Below are positions 38,340 to 50,911 of a stretch of 64,000 bases of DNA, one piece after another (position 1 is the stretch's first letter; every line of letters starts with the position of its first letter). This DNA is from Octopus sinensis (lineage: Eukaryota). The DNA lies in the NCBI RefSeq assembly GCF_006345805.1, contig NC_042997.1, positions 159,340,001 through 159,404,000 of the forward strand, given 5' to 3'. The notes under the pieces are model-generated. The model had not been told where the DNA came from, did no database searches, and worked only from the letters and a program-made list of their open reading frames with translations. Position numbers and translations under genes: made by a program.

Positions 38340-39240
38340 CATGTCACTAGAAAAGGCTACAGAATGAAGAGAATGTGTGAGCAAAGGTTTGTCCAAAGGA
38401 ACAGTAGAATAGCTATTAAAGGTGACAATTATGTGGTTAAAAGTGTAATTAACAATACAATGACAATAAAAGCAACTGTACTATCAGGAATAGTTACTGA
38501 GATGTTGAAAATATCTGGTGAAGCAGGATGTACATTGATCACTCACATAGTCAGTTAGGTGGCCAGGGAAGTATCACCCTTAACTGCTATAAGGGCAAAG
38601 GAGATGTACTAAAAACAAGCAACTACTGAGGCATCAAATTATCAGGTTATGAAAGTAACAGAAAGTATTATAATATCTCGTTAAAAAGAGAATTCATTTA
38701 GATGTAATGCAGTTTGGATTCGTGCCAAGATAGGGTACCACAGAATGCCCCTTGCTAATGACGCAAAGAGAGTCTCACCTTAGAGTAGACCAACTATATT
38801 ATGCATTAACTGATCCAGGGAAGGCATTTGATAGGACACCATAATTTGTAGTGTGGTGGTCAGTAAAACAAAAAAGGAAATGTACCAAAATGGCCAGCAA
38901 GAGGCCCACAGAGATGTCAACCAGCAAAGTGAGAGTTTGCAATAAGTTCTAAGAATTTAGCATGCAGGAAAAGCTCAGTTTTAAGGCCCTTCTTGCTTAT
39001 TATAGGTCATAATAGAGGAATTTAAGACCAGCTGTATTAAAGGAATCAGACACAGCATGCAGAAAAGATTACACTACTAAGGGCATGTGGTGCATATGGA
39101 GGGTGAAAACTGTGTAAAGCTGACTCAAGTGAAAGAAACCTGTAGAAAAGCAAGATTGAAGATGTGTTAGATAACAAAAGATGATCTCAAGAGGCTCAGC
39201 CTTTTGTCAGAGACAAGAAAATACCAGTGCAAATGCTGAA
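38340..39240 (+). pseudogene. Heavily decayed RTE LINE RT region
   Basis: SGIVTEMLKISGEAG..LITHIV, NCYKGKGD, MQFGFVPR, KAFDR and VWWS remnants collinear with the 27.7-28.6 kb copy. Confidence 0.72.
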
Positions 39241-41726
39241 ACTGTTTACAAAAGTAAGTTCTAACACATGGAAGCATAGAAAAAATGGATGTTGTTCAAG
39301 ACCAAGTCAGCCCTGATTCTGTAGACCTCATTTTCAGTAATGACCATCTTGTCTTTTTTCCTAGGTACAATGCATCTAAGACTATATTGCCTAATGTATT
39401 CAATCTTTTCTGCAACAGTAAGGGTTGCAATTTTGAAGATTTGGTTGCTATTTCTAGCTTGAAACTGATCGTGCAGAGGCCTCCCTCGCTGGCTTGATAT
39501 TGTTATTGCTGCTGCTGTTATTGTTGAGCTCATATTGCTGATTATGAAACACCAATTGCTTCACTTGTATTTTTTTAAAACACAAGACTTTGTAATACTG
39601 TCAGAATCAACAGCAACAGCAGCACAAATATTTCTATGAACATCCTATTAAAATTAATTGACTTTAAATCTCATTATTCACATCAGCACCCATTAAAACA
39701 TTTTAATACTTGTTGAAATAATCAGTAAAATGAGAAAAACATTACTTCAAATTTGAGGAGAGAAGAGAGGCAGAAAGGGTAAAGGACCAGATGAAATATT
39801 CTTCTGCATTAAGAGTTCAAATCCCATCAAAATTGAATTTGACTTTCATCACTCAAGGGTTAACACAAAATGTACCAGGCATATACTGACATTGCTTTAA
39901 ATAACTATAATACACTCTTATAAATCTATGAGTTTATATTAAACTGAGAAATCCTTACTTCAAGTTCCACAGAGCAGTGAGTGGTCAGAAATGGTGAGGT
40001 GTCAAACAAGGAGTTAATGAAATAAGTAACAGCACCAATAATAAGCTGAATTTGACTCAATTAGTTATACTTCTTTGTCTCTGTATTGTAACCTAATAAA
40101 AATAATCTATTATTTTTATTTTCATGACAGAAGTTGCTTGTCAAATTACAAAACAAACAGAAAGGACTAATATTTTGTAGAACTCGATATATATTTATAT
40201 AAAACAACTAAAGATGAACAACAGTATTTTACAACCACTTTCCATGACAGCATGGGTTGGATGGATAGGCACAGTCTAAATCAGTTCATATTTGGAATTA
40301 TTGCACTCTAGAAAGGTCAAAGACCTTACATTTCGTTAGTATGTTCCACTTTGGTAAAATTTGTATGAATGGGTGTTTTTCCTAATATCAACCACTTTAC
40401 AGAGTGCACTGGATGCATTTTATCATAGCACCAACACTAGAAAGTTTGTCATTCCCTTGGTGAAGCTAAAGGGCCCTCATGAACATTCAATGTCTCTGCT
40501 CATTTGTCAAGCCCTTTAAAGATGGAACTTGGGTACATTTTATCATGGTACCAGCACTAGTGATGTTACCTTAAGCCTCACTCTTTCCTATCAGAAAACT
40601 AGAGAGCACTCTACAGTGTCTCTGTTCATTCAATTTTTAAATAGATGTTACAGGCATATGGAAATTGTATGATCAATATACTAGCTAATTTGACTGTTGG
40701 GTCATTGATTTAAACCTGACTGCAGCAAGTGTGACATTTCCTACTTAAGTTAAAAGCTACAAAAATTTAAAATTTATAATGGCTTGGAGTAGGCAGTAAT
40801 ATTATATTCAAAGTAAATTCAACAACCCCTCATGAACATGCAAAGCCAGAACCAAAATGAGGTTCTGTTTAACCAAAATGTTAAACATTCCATCTTCCAA
40901 ATAATGTGCAGATTGAATCACATGAAATAAACTACTGAATTAATGAAGTTTGAATATCTCATATACACAACATGTAACCTTTCCGAGACATTATTATTCA
41001 ACAACTTGTAAGAAGCTGACATAAGTTTTAATAACAGCCTACTAAATAACCCCATCATGAATAAAGAAGAAAACTTTTGTAAATCAAAGTAGATCAAAAG
41101 GTTAGGGGTAGGTAACAACAGAATGCATTACTTATGGGAGAGAGCAGTCAGAGATTATTAAGTAGCCTGGAACACAAGAGATTATTATGTAGACTGGCTC
41201 CTTGACTGGGGTTGACTTGTGGTTAAACAACAACAGTCATCTTTCCTATATGTGTAACAAATTATAGAAGGGATATTTTTTCTTCCTTTGACATCCATTA
41301 TATTATATAGGCATATCATGAACAACCAAGTCATTTGACATATCGCTAATATCTTTTAAAAAGGCTTGAATGCTACAGAATCTCACTTTCAACTTTGTTG
41401 ACAGATAAATAACTTCCTAATTTATGTAGAAACGAAGTTAGCTAACACTGGAAGTAAAAGTCACAACAGTCAGCTGTTTCTGTTAGTAAGTGCACTGACT
41501 TAACTGTGTTAGAGGCAGCGACAACTGCGGTGGTGATGGTGAGGGTGATGTGGTCGCAGGTGACGGTGGTGACGGTGGTTGTTATGACAGTTGTGACTGC
41601 TGTTTAACCTCAGGGTCAACAAAGATCCAAGAGACACATGATCAAAAGATACTTCATTAGTTCATTAGTTGTATGGTAGTGGTAGCAGCTACTAGTGAAG
41701 ATAAGCTGGTGGTTATTGGTGGTGGT

Positions 41727-41792
41727 AGCAGCTACAGTGATGACAGCAGCTACAGTGATGACAGCAGCTACAGTGATGACAGCAGCTACAGT
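41727..41792. repeat. 18-bp minisatellite (agcagctacagtgatgac) x ~3.6
   Basis: Exact tandem copies. Confidence 0.9.
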
Positions 41793-42419
41793 TGGTGGTG
41801 GTTGAAAAAGACATTAATAATTTAGTGATGAGTAACATAGACAAAGCTTTTAATGATAAAGCTATAAAAAGAAGAAATCTTCATTTACATAAGTGTTGCA
41901 GATTGATTTTTTTACCTACTGACAAGCAAAGTTTGCAATATCATATTCATCTAGACAGAATAGCTTGCCTTTAATGCTATATATAGAGATGACTTTTTTC
42001 AGTGGTGATAATTTATCACCCTTTACAAATTATAGGTTTATGTTAATTCTCTTTCTCCACATTTTCTCATTTTCAGGGATATTTTCAAGGATTTTTTTTT
42101 CTTCCTATTCCTCTAGGCCTTAGTCACTAGTGAATTTAATTAGTATAGAGGAAGAGGTGCAAGTTCAATCCCCATAGTGGTTGTTCTTCAAAGTATCTGT
42201 GTCTATGGTGCAAATGCTTTAAGACAGTGTATGTACATTGAAAATACACAGGGATTCCAGAACTACAGCCTATTATTTTGCCACTTTTGAGGAATTTATG
42301 CATATATATAATTCTGGTTTCAGTTTTGAAATTTTTCCATCAACAAGAAAAAAAAAAGTCTCCAATCCAGAAACAAGGTTCTTTCACTGAAATTTCGAAA
42401 ACATCAATTAGGTAATTGT

Positions 42420-43320
42420 GTTTGTGTGTGTGAGTGAGAGTGAATTTGTGTGTTGTGAGTGTTGTGAGTATATGTTGTGTGTGAGTGAATGTGTGTGAGT
42501 TTGTTTACATGCGTGAGAGTTTGTGTGTTTGTGTGTGTGCGTGAGAGTTTGTGTGTGTGCGTGAGAGTTTGTGTGTGTGCGTGAAAGTTTATGTGCGTGC
42601 GTGAGTTTGAGTGCATGCGTGAGAGTTTGAGTGCAAGTGTGAGAGTTTGAGTGCATGCGTGAGAGTTTGAGTGCATGCGTGAGAGTTTGAGTGCATGCGT
42701 GAGAGTTTGAGTGCGTGCTTGAGAGTTTGTGTGTGTGCGTGAGAGTTTGTGTGCGTGCGTGAGAGTTTGAGTGCATGCGTGAGAGTTTGAGTGCATGCGT
42801 GAGAGTTTGAGTGCGTGCGTGAGAGTTTTAGTGCGTGCGTGAGAGTTTTAGTGCGTGCGTGAGAGTTTTAGTGCGTGCGTGAGAGTTTTAGTGCGTGCGT
42901 GAGAGTTTGAGTGCGTGCGTGAGAGTTTTAGTGCGTGCGTGAGAGTTTGAGTGCGTGCGTGAGAGTTTGTGTGCGTGCGTGAGAGTTTGAGTGCATGTGT
43001 GAGAGAGTTGTGTGTGAGAGAGAGAGTTTATGTGTGAGAGAGAGAGTTTGTGTGTGAGAGAGAGAGTTTGTGTGTGTGAGAGAGAGTTTATGTGTGAGAG
43101 AGAGTTGTGTGCGAGAGAGAGAGTTTGTGTGCGAGAGAGAGAGTTTGTGTGCGAGAGAGAGAGAGTTTGTGTGCGAGAGAGAGAGTTTGTGTGCGAGAGA
43201 GAGAGTTTGTGTGCGAGAGAGAGAGTTTGTGTGCGAGAGAAGTTGTGTGTGTGAGAGAAGTTGTGTGTGTGAGAGAAGTTGTGTGTGTGACAGAGTTTGT
43301 ATGTGAGTGAATGAGTGTGA
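42420..43320. repeat. ~20-bp minisatellite gagagttt(g/t)(a/t)gtgc(a/g)tgcgt grading into gagagagagtttgtgtgc
   Basis: About 40 tandem units with blockwise variants. Confidence 0.93.
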
Positions 43321-43990
43321 AGGGGGTGAGTATGTGTGTAGGCATGAATGCATGTCATTGTAAGAGTGAATCTGTATGTTTTGGCTTATGTATGCATACA
43401 TACACATTTACTTCTATGTCATACATGCATGTATGTACCTACTACATATGTAAAACATCGGGAATGCTTTACATGTTTTTACAATTACATTAATGGCTTG
43501 TAATTGCAATTTTCTAATTAGCCATGTCATTTCTGTTTGTAAGGCCCAGCTTCTCAAATTTAGTTCTGAGGCATTTTGTTACATAAGAGAGTGCCCTAAT
43601 AAACAGTTATAAATTTATGCTTATATACATGAATGAATGAAAATGAGTGAACGAATAAATGAATGAATGAATGCATATGTCTTTGGTCATATGTATGTAT
43701 AAGTGTATGTATGAACGTGTGTTTGTGTGTGTGTGTGTGTGTGTGTCCCTGAATGTATCTTTTTCTTTTTTATTATTTGAATTCTTCCTTCAAAGAAGAA
43801 GCTGGCTTCTAACAAAGAAGTGAAGTTCCATTGCAAATATTCATCAGATAAGATTTATTTGATACATATCTTGTGTCTAAGCTGATGGTCAAACTCTGTC
43901 TCAAGCCACAAGCCTTTTTTGGCTAGAGACCTTAGTTTCTATAGTACTTACATAACTGAACATACAAAATTCTCTCCCATCAACAAGTGA

Positions 43991-45393
43991 TGATGTATCA
44001 CTGATAATGATAAAGTCACTACTGCTGCTGTTGATGATGATGATAATGTCACTGATGATGATGAGATGATATAATGGTTGAAATGTTATCAATTTCCCAG
44101 TAGTCAAACGAACGACCACCCAGAGACAAATTACAGTAACTCAACAGTCTGTTGAAAGGCTGATCTATTAATGCCTGAGCTTTCACTTGTAATGCTTTTC
44201 AGCTGAGTGGACTGAAACCACATGAAATGAAGTGCCTTGCTAAGGATACAACATGCTACACACTTTGAGAACTGACCTCATGACCTTATGTCCGTGAGCC
44301 CAACACCTAAACCACCATGTTATACATGTTCACAAACTTATGAATAGGTAAGGGTAAAACTTACATAAATTTAAATAGGGTTGATATCAAAGAGGGGCAA
44401 TGCAGCTTCATAGCTAACCAGATCCTGTCTGTCAAACCATCCAACCCATACCGGCATAGAAAACAGACATTAACTGATGATGATGATGAAGTGTTCGACG
44501 GGTCATTTAGAGTGATCATCAATTGCTGGAATGTGTGTCCAAAAAGATGCGTTGGTTAAATTTATGGCGCTAGCATTTGACACTATGACCAATGTATTGA
44601 GTAGAACAAGGTGGTTACGGATGGCTTTGTTAATTCATACATCTGATCAAAGTCTACAATGTAAAGAAAACATTGAGAAAACAAATATCATGATGACAAT
44701 TAAGATGATTATCAAGATGTAATGATATCATTGTTGTTTAGCTCCGGATCTCCCCAATCAGAGCTGACCTGGGGCTTACAACAATGAACCATATAGGATA
44801 GTAAGGCATGATTTAAGAAGATCTGGCTGCTATTTCTAGTGTAATGACATCATTGTTGCTTAGCTCCAGATCTCCCCAATCAGAGCTGACCTGGGGCTTA
44901 CAACAATGACCATATAGGATAGTAAGGCATGATTTAAGGAGATCTGGCTGCTATTTCTAGTGTAATGACATCATTGTTGTTTAGTTCCAGATCTCCCCAA
45001 TCAGGGCTGACCTGGAGCTTACAACAATGACCATATAGGATAGTAAGGCATGATTTAAGAAGATCTGGCTGCTATTTCTAGTTGATTGAACAATTAATTA
45101 TAATGATTATAACGATGTTGTTGTTGTTGTCATTTCCACCCAGGTGAAACAAAGACAGTAAGGTATGATTTAAAGAGATCTGGCAGCTATTTTTAGCTGG
45201 TTGAACAACCATGTATTAGGTCCCTGGTTGATGTCAAGAGTAATAGTGTTGTTGTTAATGATGTATCACTGATAATGATAATGTCACTACTGCTGCTGCT
45301 GCTGATGATGATGAGATGATATAACAGTTGAAATGTTATCAATTTCCGAGTAGTCAAACCAACGACCACCCAGAGACAAATTACAGTAACTCA
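43991..45393. repeat. Local direct duplication (43991-44143 and 45259-45393)
   Basis: tgatgtatcactgataatgataa...aacgaccacccagagacaaattacagtaactca is present twice. Confidence 0.85.
44718..45081. repeat. 121-bp tandem repeat x3 derived from dispersed repeat family D
   Basis: Units start at 44718, 44840 and 44961. They contain the gatttggctgctatttctag-type motif also found near 14130, 16195, 18930, 34700, 39440, 59890 and 62470. Confidence 0.9.
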
Positions 45394-45879
45394 TTTGCTC
45401 TTCACTTATCCATTGCAATCTAAGCTTTCAGATGGACAAGAAGTCCGGCTGTTAAAAGGAACAGATGGGAAGCTATACCCTTGATTAACCACATGAGAGC
45501 CCTGTCATTGAGAACAGATGCTGAGAAAGTACTTAAGTACACTAAATACACATGCAACATTGGCATCAAAACTGAAAACAAAACAAGCCTTTTTTGTTTG
45601 TTTTAATCGTACACATACAAATACACAAGGATGTATGCATGTAGAACTCCAAGGCCATGTGGATATTACCAAAGGACGTCCTATCTATAAAGGAGATCAG
45701 TTTTGGTGAAATCAATTTGTTGGAGGTTGTGGTAATGGTGGTGGTGGTGTTGCTGCTTAAATGATGATTGCCACCAAACAGATAAACATCACTAAATATA
45801 CACAAGTGTATTGCCATTAACTAAATAGTGCACAGCCAAAAGCAATATAAACAGACATTAAAGAATCAATACCTTTAAA

Positions 45880-45909
45880 TTAACACACATATACACACAC
45901 AAATAAAAT

Positions 45910-45940
<31 letters not shown>

Positions 45941-46086
45941 ATATACATATATACACATATATACACACATATATATATACACGCATATATATATACACAC
46001 ACATATACACACACATATATATACACACATATATATACACACACATATATACACATATATACACACATATATATACACACATATAT

Positions 46087-46122
<36 letters not shown>
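45880..46122. repeat. Compound (TG)/(CA)/(TA) microsatellite
   Basis: Visible dinucleotide mosaic. Confidence 0.93.
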
Positions 46123-46550
46123 GACAATGATGATGAGGATTGCAACAATCCTGATGATAATAGGCGGTGCTGCTGTATCAATGAGGATGGTAATGAGGAA
46201 CTGCCAAAGAATGAATTGGTGTATATTTTTTTAGTTGTTTTTTTTGGTCTTCCTACTAACAATACATTGACTTATAAGCCTTAAAATTAATCATTCAATT
46301 TTGTCTTGTAAAAGAAATAACAGGTAATACTAACTGGAAGTGGTTATTATTACTTTTGTTTCGTTGTTTCATTAAAAATCGGTCAGGATAAGAAAAATTG
46401 ATCGCAAAAGATACATTAGCAAATTACCCTTCATTAGGAGTAATTGACTATTTTTTATTTCTTATCAGTAATATCTTCATGATTTTTATCAGAAAAATGA
46501 GGAAGAAGTAGCAATAAATATATATGTGTGTGTGTATATATATATATATA

Positions 46551-47717
46551 TCCCTTATCTGGTGGTCAATGAGGAAACTAGGGATAGATGAATGGTTAGT
46601 GAGAGCTGTGCAAGCCATGTACAGAGACGCTGCTAGTAAGGTGAGGGTTGGCAACGAGTACAGTGAAGAATTCCGGGTAGAGGTTGGGGTCCACCAAGGT
46701 TCAGTCCTCAGTCCCCTCCTATTTATCATAGTCCTCCAGGCAATAACGGAGGAATTCAAGACAGGATGCCCCTGGGAGCTCCTCTATGCTGACGACCTTG
46801 CTCTAATTGCTGAGTCACTATCAGAACTGGAGGAGAAGTTTCAGGTGTGGAAACAAGGATTAGAATCGAAGGGCCTTAGAATCAACCTAGCCAAAACCAA
46901 AGTCCTAATAAGTAGGAAGGTGGACCAATGACAAACGACTTCAGGTAGATGGCCCTGCTCGATCTGTAAAAAAGGTGTAGGTAGAAACTCTATAAGGTGC
47001 ACCAAGTGTAAGCTATGGACACATAAGAGGTGCAGCAATGTCAAAGGAAGGCTAACTAGGAAAATAGTTTTTGTCTGTGGCAGATGCTCAGGAGCAATAA
47101 ACACTGGAAATGTGCAGAGACCAACTTCTACCACGTTCCAGGGAGACAAACTAGAAGTAGTTGATAGCTTCCGCTACCTAGGTGGGTGTGCTGAAAGTGT
47201 AACTGCTAGAGTAAGAATAGCTTGGGCAAAGTTTAGAGAGCTCTTACCCCTGCTGGTGACAAAAGGCCTCTCGCTCAGAGTAAAAGGCAGACTGTATGAT
47301 GCATGTGTACGTACAGCCATGCTACATGGTAGTGAAACATGGGCCGTGACTGCTGAGGATATGCGTAAGCTTGCAAGAAATGAAGCCAGTATGCTCCGAT
47401 GGATGTGTAATGTCAGTGTTCATAATCGTCAGAGTGTAAGTACCTTGAGAGAAAAGTTGAACCTAAGAAGCGTCAATTGTGGTGTGCAAGAGAGACGGCT
47501 GCGCTGGTATGGTCATGTGACGAGAATGGCTGTAGATAGTTGTGTGCAAAAGTGCTACACCCTAGCAGTTGAGGGAACCTGTGGAAGAGGTAGACCCAGG
47601 AAAACCTGGGACGAGGTGGTGAAGCACGACCTTCGAACTTTAGGTCTCACCAAGGAAATGACTAGAGACCGAGACCTATGGAAGTATGCTGTGCGTGAGA
47701 AGACCCGGCAAGAGTAG
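46551..47717 (+). pseudogene. RTE-clade LINE ORF2, C-terminal ~390 codons (RT plus PHD-like insert), one in-frame stop
   Basis: GVHQGSVLSPLLF, ELLYADDLAL, NLAKTKVL, VDSFRYLG, MLHGSETWA, RRLRWYGHV and RGRPRKTW in one frame; TGA at 46929-46931; 5' end abuts (TA)n. Confidence 0.95.
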
Positions 47718-49575
47718 TCAGGCCGTAACCCGTGGCCCCTACCTGGGACGTAGTCAGTCCACCTGTGCATACCTTCCTTCTTGTGAAACTTGTGAAGACC
47801 TGTTGAGGCAAGTGAAAGTGAAAATCAAAATAAAATAGATGATCATCAATGGAATTTGTATCTTTGTTACCAGTGCCGGTGGCACACAAGAAAACCATCC
47901 GAACGTGGCCGTAGCCAATACCGCATCGACTGGCCTCCGTGCTGTGGGCACATAGCAAACACCATCCGATCGTGGCCGTTCGCCAGCCTCATCTGGCACC
48001 TGTGTCGGTGGCACATAAACACACCATCCGAAGACCCGGCAAGACTAGTCAGGCTATAACCCGTGGCCCCTACCTGGGACGTAGTCAGTTCACCTGTGCA
48101 TACCTCCCTTCTTGTGACACTTGTGAAGACCTGTTGAGGCAAGTGAAAATCAAAAAAATCAAAACAAATCGAAATAGATGAATATCAATGGAATTTGTAT
48201 CTTTGTGGTACCAGTGCCGGTGGCACACAAGAAAACCATCCGAACGTGGCCGTAGCCAGTACTGCATCAACTGGCCTCCGTGCTGTGGGCACGTAACAAA
48301 CACCATCCGATCGTGGCCGTTCGCCAGCCCCATCCGGCACCTGTGTCGGTGGCACATAAAAACACCATCCGAAGACCCGGCAAGACTAGTCAGGCCATAA
48401 TCCGTGGTCCCAACCTGGGACGTAGTCAGTCCACCTGTGCATACCTTCCTTCTTGTGACACTTGTGAAGACCTTTTGAGGCAAGTGAAAGTGAAAATCAA
48501 AATAAAATAGATGAACATCAATGGAATTTGTATCTTTATGGTACCAGTGCCGGTGGCACACAGAAAACCATCCGAACGTGGCCGTAGCCAGTACGCATCG
48601 ACTGGCCTCCGTGCTGTGGGCACGTAACAAACACCATCCGATCATGTCCGTTCGCCAGCCTCATCAGGCACCTGTGTCGGTGGCACATAAAAACACCATC
48701 TGAAGACCCGGCAAGACTAGTCAGGCCATAACCCGTGGCCCCTACCTGGGACGTAGTCAGTCCACCTGTGCATACCTTCCTTCTTGTGACACTTGTGAAG
48801 ACCTGTTGAGACAAGTGATCAAATCAAATCAAATCAAAATAGATGAACATCAATGGAATTTGTATCTTTGTGGTACCAGTGCCGGTGGCACACAGAAAAC
48901 CATCCGAACGTGGCCGTAGCCAGTACCGCATCGACTGGCCTCCGTGCTGTGGGCACGTAACAAACACCATCCATCTGGCACCTGTGTCGGTGGCACATAA
49001 AAACACCATCCGAGCGTGGCCGTTCGCCAGCCTCATCAGGCACCTGTGTCGGTGGCACATAAAAACACCATCCGAGCGTGGCCGTTCGCCAGCCTCGTCT
49101 GGCACCTGTGTCGGTGGCACATAAAAACACCATCCGAGCGTGGCCGTTCGCCAGCCTCATCTGGCACCTGTGTGGAGACACATAAAAACATCATCCGAAG
49201 ACCCGGCAAGACTAGTCAGGCCATAATCCGTGGTCCCAACCTGGGACGTAGTCAGTTCACCTGTGCATACCTTCCTTCTTGTGACACTTGTGAAGACCTG
49301 TTGAGGCAAGTGAAAATCAAAATAAAATAGATGATCATCAATGGAATTTGTATCTTTGTGGTACCAGTGCCGGTGGCACACAAGAAAACCATCCGAACGT
49401 GGCCGTAGCCAGTACCGCATCGACTGGCCTCCGTGCTGTGGCACGTAACAAACACCATCCGATCGTGGCCGTTCGTCAGCCTCGTCTGGCACCTGTGTCG
49501 GTGGCACATAAAAACACCATCCGAGCGTGGCCGTTCGCCAGCCTCGTCTGGCACCTGTGTCGGTGGCACATAAAA
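47699..49575 (+). repeat. Five-unit tandem amplification of the RTE stop codon/3' UTR region with nested ~60-nt subunits
   Basis: Units begin gaagacccggcaag at 47699, 48030, 48371, 48702 and 49197 (periods 331, 341, 331, 495). Confidence 0.93.
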
Positions 49576-49748
49576 TCACCCACTACACTCTCGGAGTGGT
49601 TGGCGTTAGGAAGGGCATCCAGCTGTAGAAACACTGCCAGATCTGACTGGCCTGGTGCAGCCTTCGGGCTCCCCAGACCCCAGTTGAACCGTCCAACCCA
49701 TGCTAGCATGGAAAGCGGACGTTAAATGATGATGATGATGATGATGAT
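49575..49748 (+). mobile_element. RTE 3' terminus with (GAT)n tail
   Basis: CACCCACTACACTCTCGGAGTGGTTGGCGTTAGGAAGGGCATCCAGCTGTAGAAAC...CATGCTAGCATGGAAAGCGGACGTTAAAT(GAT)n. Confidence 0.93.
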
Positions 49749-50622
49749 ATATATATAGATCCCATAAGGAAAGAAGGCAGACAGTTATATTCTTAGTGCT
49801 TGTGTTCAGTTATAAATATAGAGTTTCCGTGTGTGTGCGTGTGTGTATGTGTATTAGTGTCTTAGTGTGAGTATTAAATAGCATATTAATGAGTTTGATA
49901 ATCACTTCTTTTAATATGATTCAGTCAAAAAAGGAAAGGCAGTACTCATAACCTTTTTTCAAAGCCTCTGAGGATGGTGTGAGGACAAAAGACAGTTATT
50001 CTCAGAATCAAAGACCTGACCCAAATGTGTGCAACAGAGTAGCAGCATAATTATGCAGTTAATAAGTTCGTTTTACGACTAAATGATTTTATGTTCATTT
50101 CCACTGTATTGTACTTTGGATAACTGTTCTTATCAATAGTCTCATGCATGTGACCAAAGACCACAGGTGAACTTGCATGCCTACTGATAATTCAAACATG
50201 AACTCTACACCTCAACAGTAAATGATTGCTATGGCTATTGGCTGACCGTTGGATGTAGTCAGCATTCATGAGGAACATGGTGAACTTTTAGTTTGGAGAA
50301 AGATCAACCCATCTTGGATTAATGTTGTCATAAGTACCCATAACCTCAGTGCAGCGAAAGTCTTGTATGTAAAATTTGGGACTCTATTTAACCCCTTAGT
50401 ATTTAAACCAGTTACATCTGGCCAAAATATGCCCTTGTTTTAAGTTCAAACTGGCCAGATCTAATCTCTCACACCGACACTACAATGTCATTCTACATAT
50501 ATAAACAATAACATCATCAAAATATCAAATCTATGAGATAATATATGATTAATTCAAAATAATATGAATAAATATGCTTTATGTTATGATTTGGTGTTTT
50601 CCACAGTTATATATGTGGCCAC

Positions 50623-50911
50623 TGTTGTGACTGTAGCCATGATATTTTCTTAGTATCAGATACAGTGTATCTCTTCTATTCCGGAATGGTAATACACCAC
50701 TTCGTCTATAATGCTAGACACCAAATTTGAACTGACTGTAACTCAAACTCGACTATAACACATAAGTGACACTTAACTCCAACTGAGAACTTGTACGACA
50801 ACTCTACAACAACTGACACACAACTCCCTGTACTGGTTGACATAGTCTTGCTTTATAGTGGCTCCTTCATACCACATATCCCATGGGGTGGGAACCATTT
50901 CCACTACAACA
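50623..50911 (-). mobile_element. LTR (289 bp) of an LTR retrotransposon
   Basis: Termini TGTTGT...ACAACA; on the minus strand preceded by polypurine AAAAGGGGAGA; contains TATAAA (plus-strand tttata, 50852-50857). Confidence 0.65.

Noticed and set aside
43991-45393. TRIM/LTR element (the direct repeats start TG and end CA)
   Set aside because: No TSD, PBS or PPT; the repeat is half trinucleotide low-complexity; a local duplication is simpler.
47699-47820. HDV-like ribozyme in the RTE UTR block
   Set aside because: Only simple hairpins found (ggccat/gtggcc, ctac/gtag); I could not build the nested double pseudoknot, and RTE HDV-like ribozymes are described at 5' ends.
47870-49575. CRISPR array interpretation of the repeat/variable units
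   Set aside because: Eukaryotic context, no cas genes; variable parts are only 6-11 nt, recur between units and lie in a LINE 3' UTR.
47662-49725. Many overlapping ORFs up to 186 aa
   Set aside because: By-products of the GC-richer tandem UTR repeat; frames are not conserved between units.
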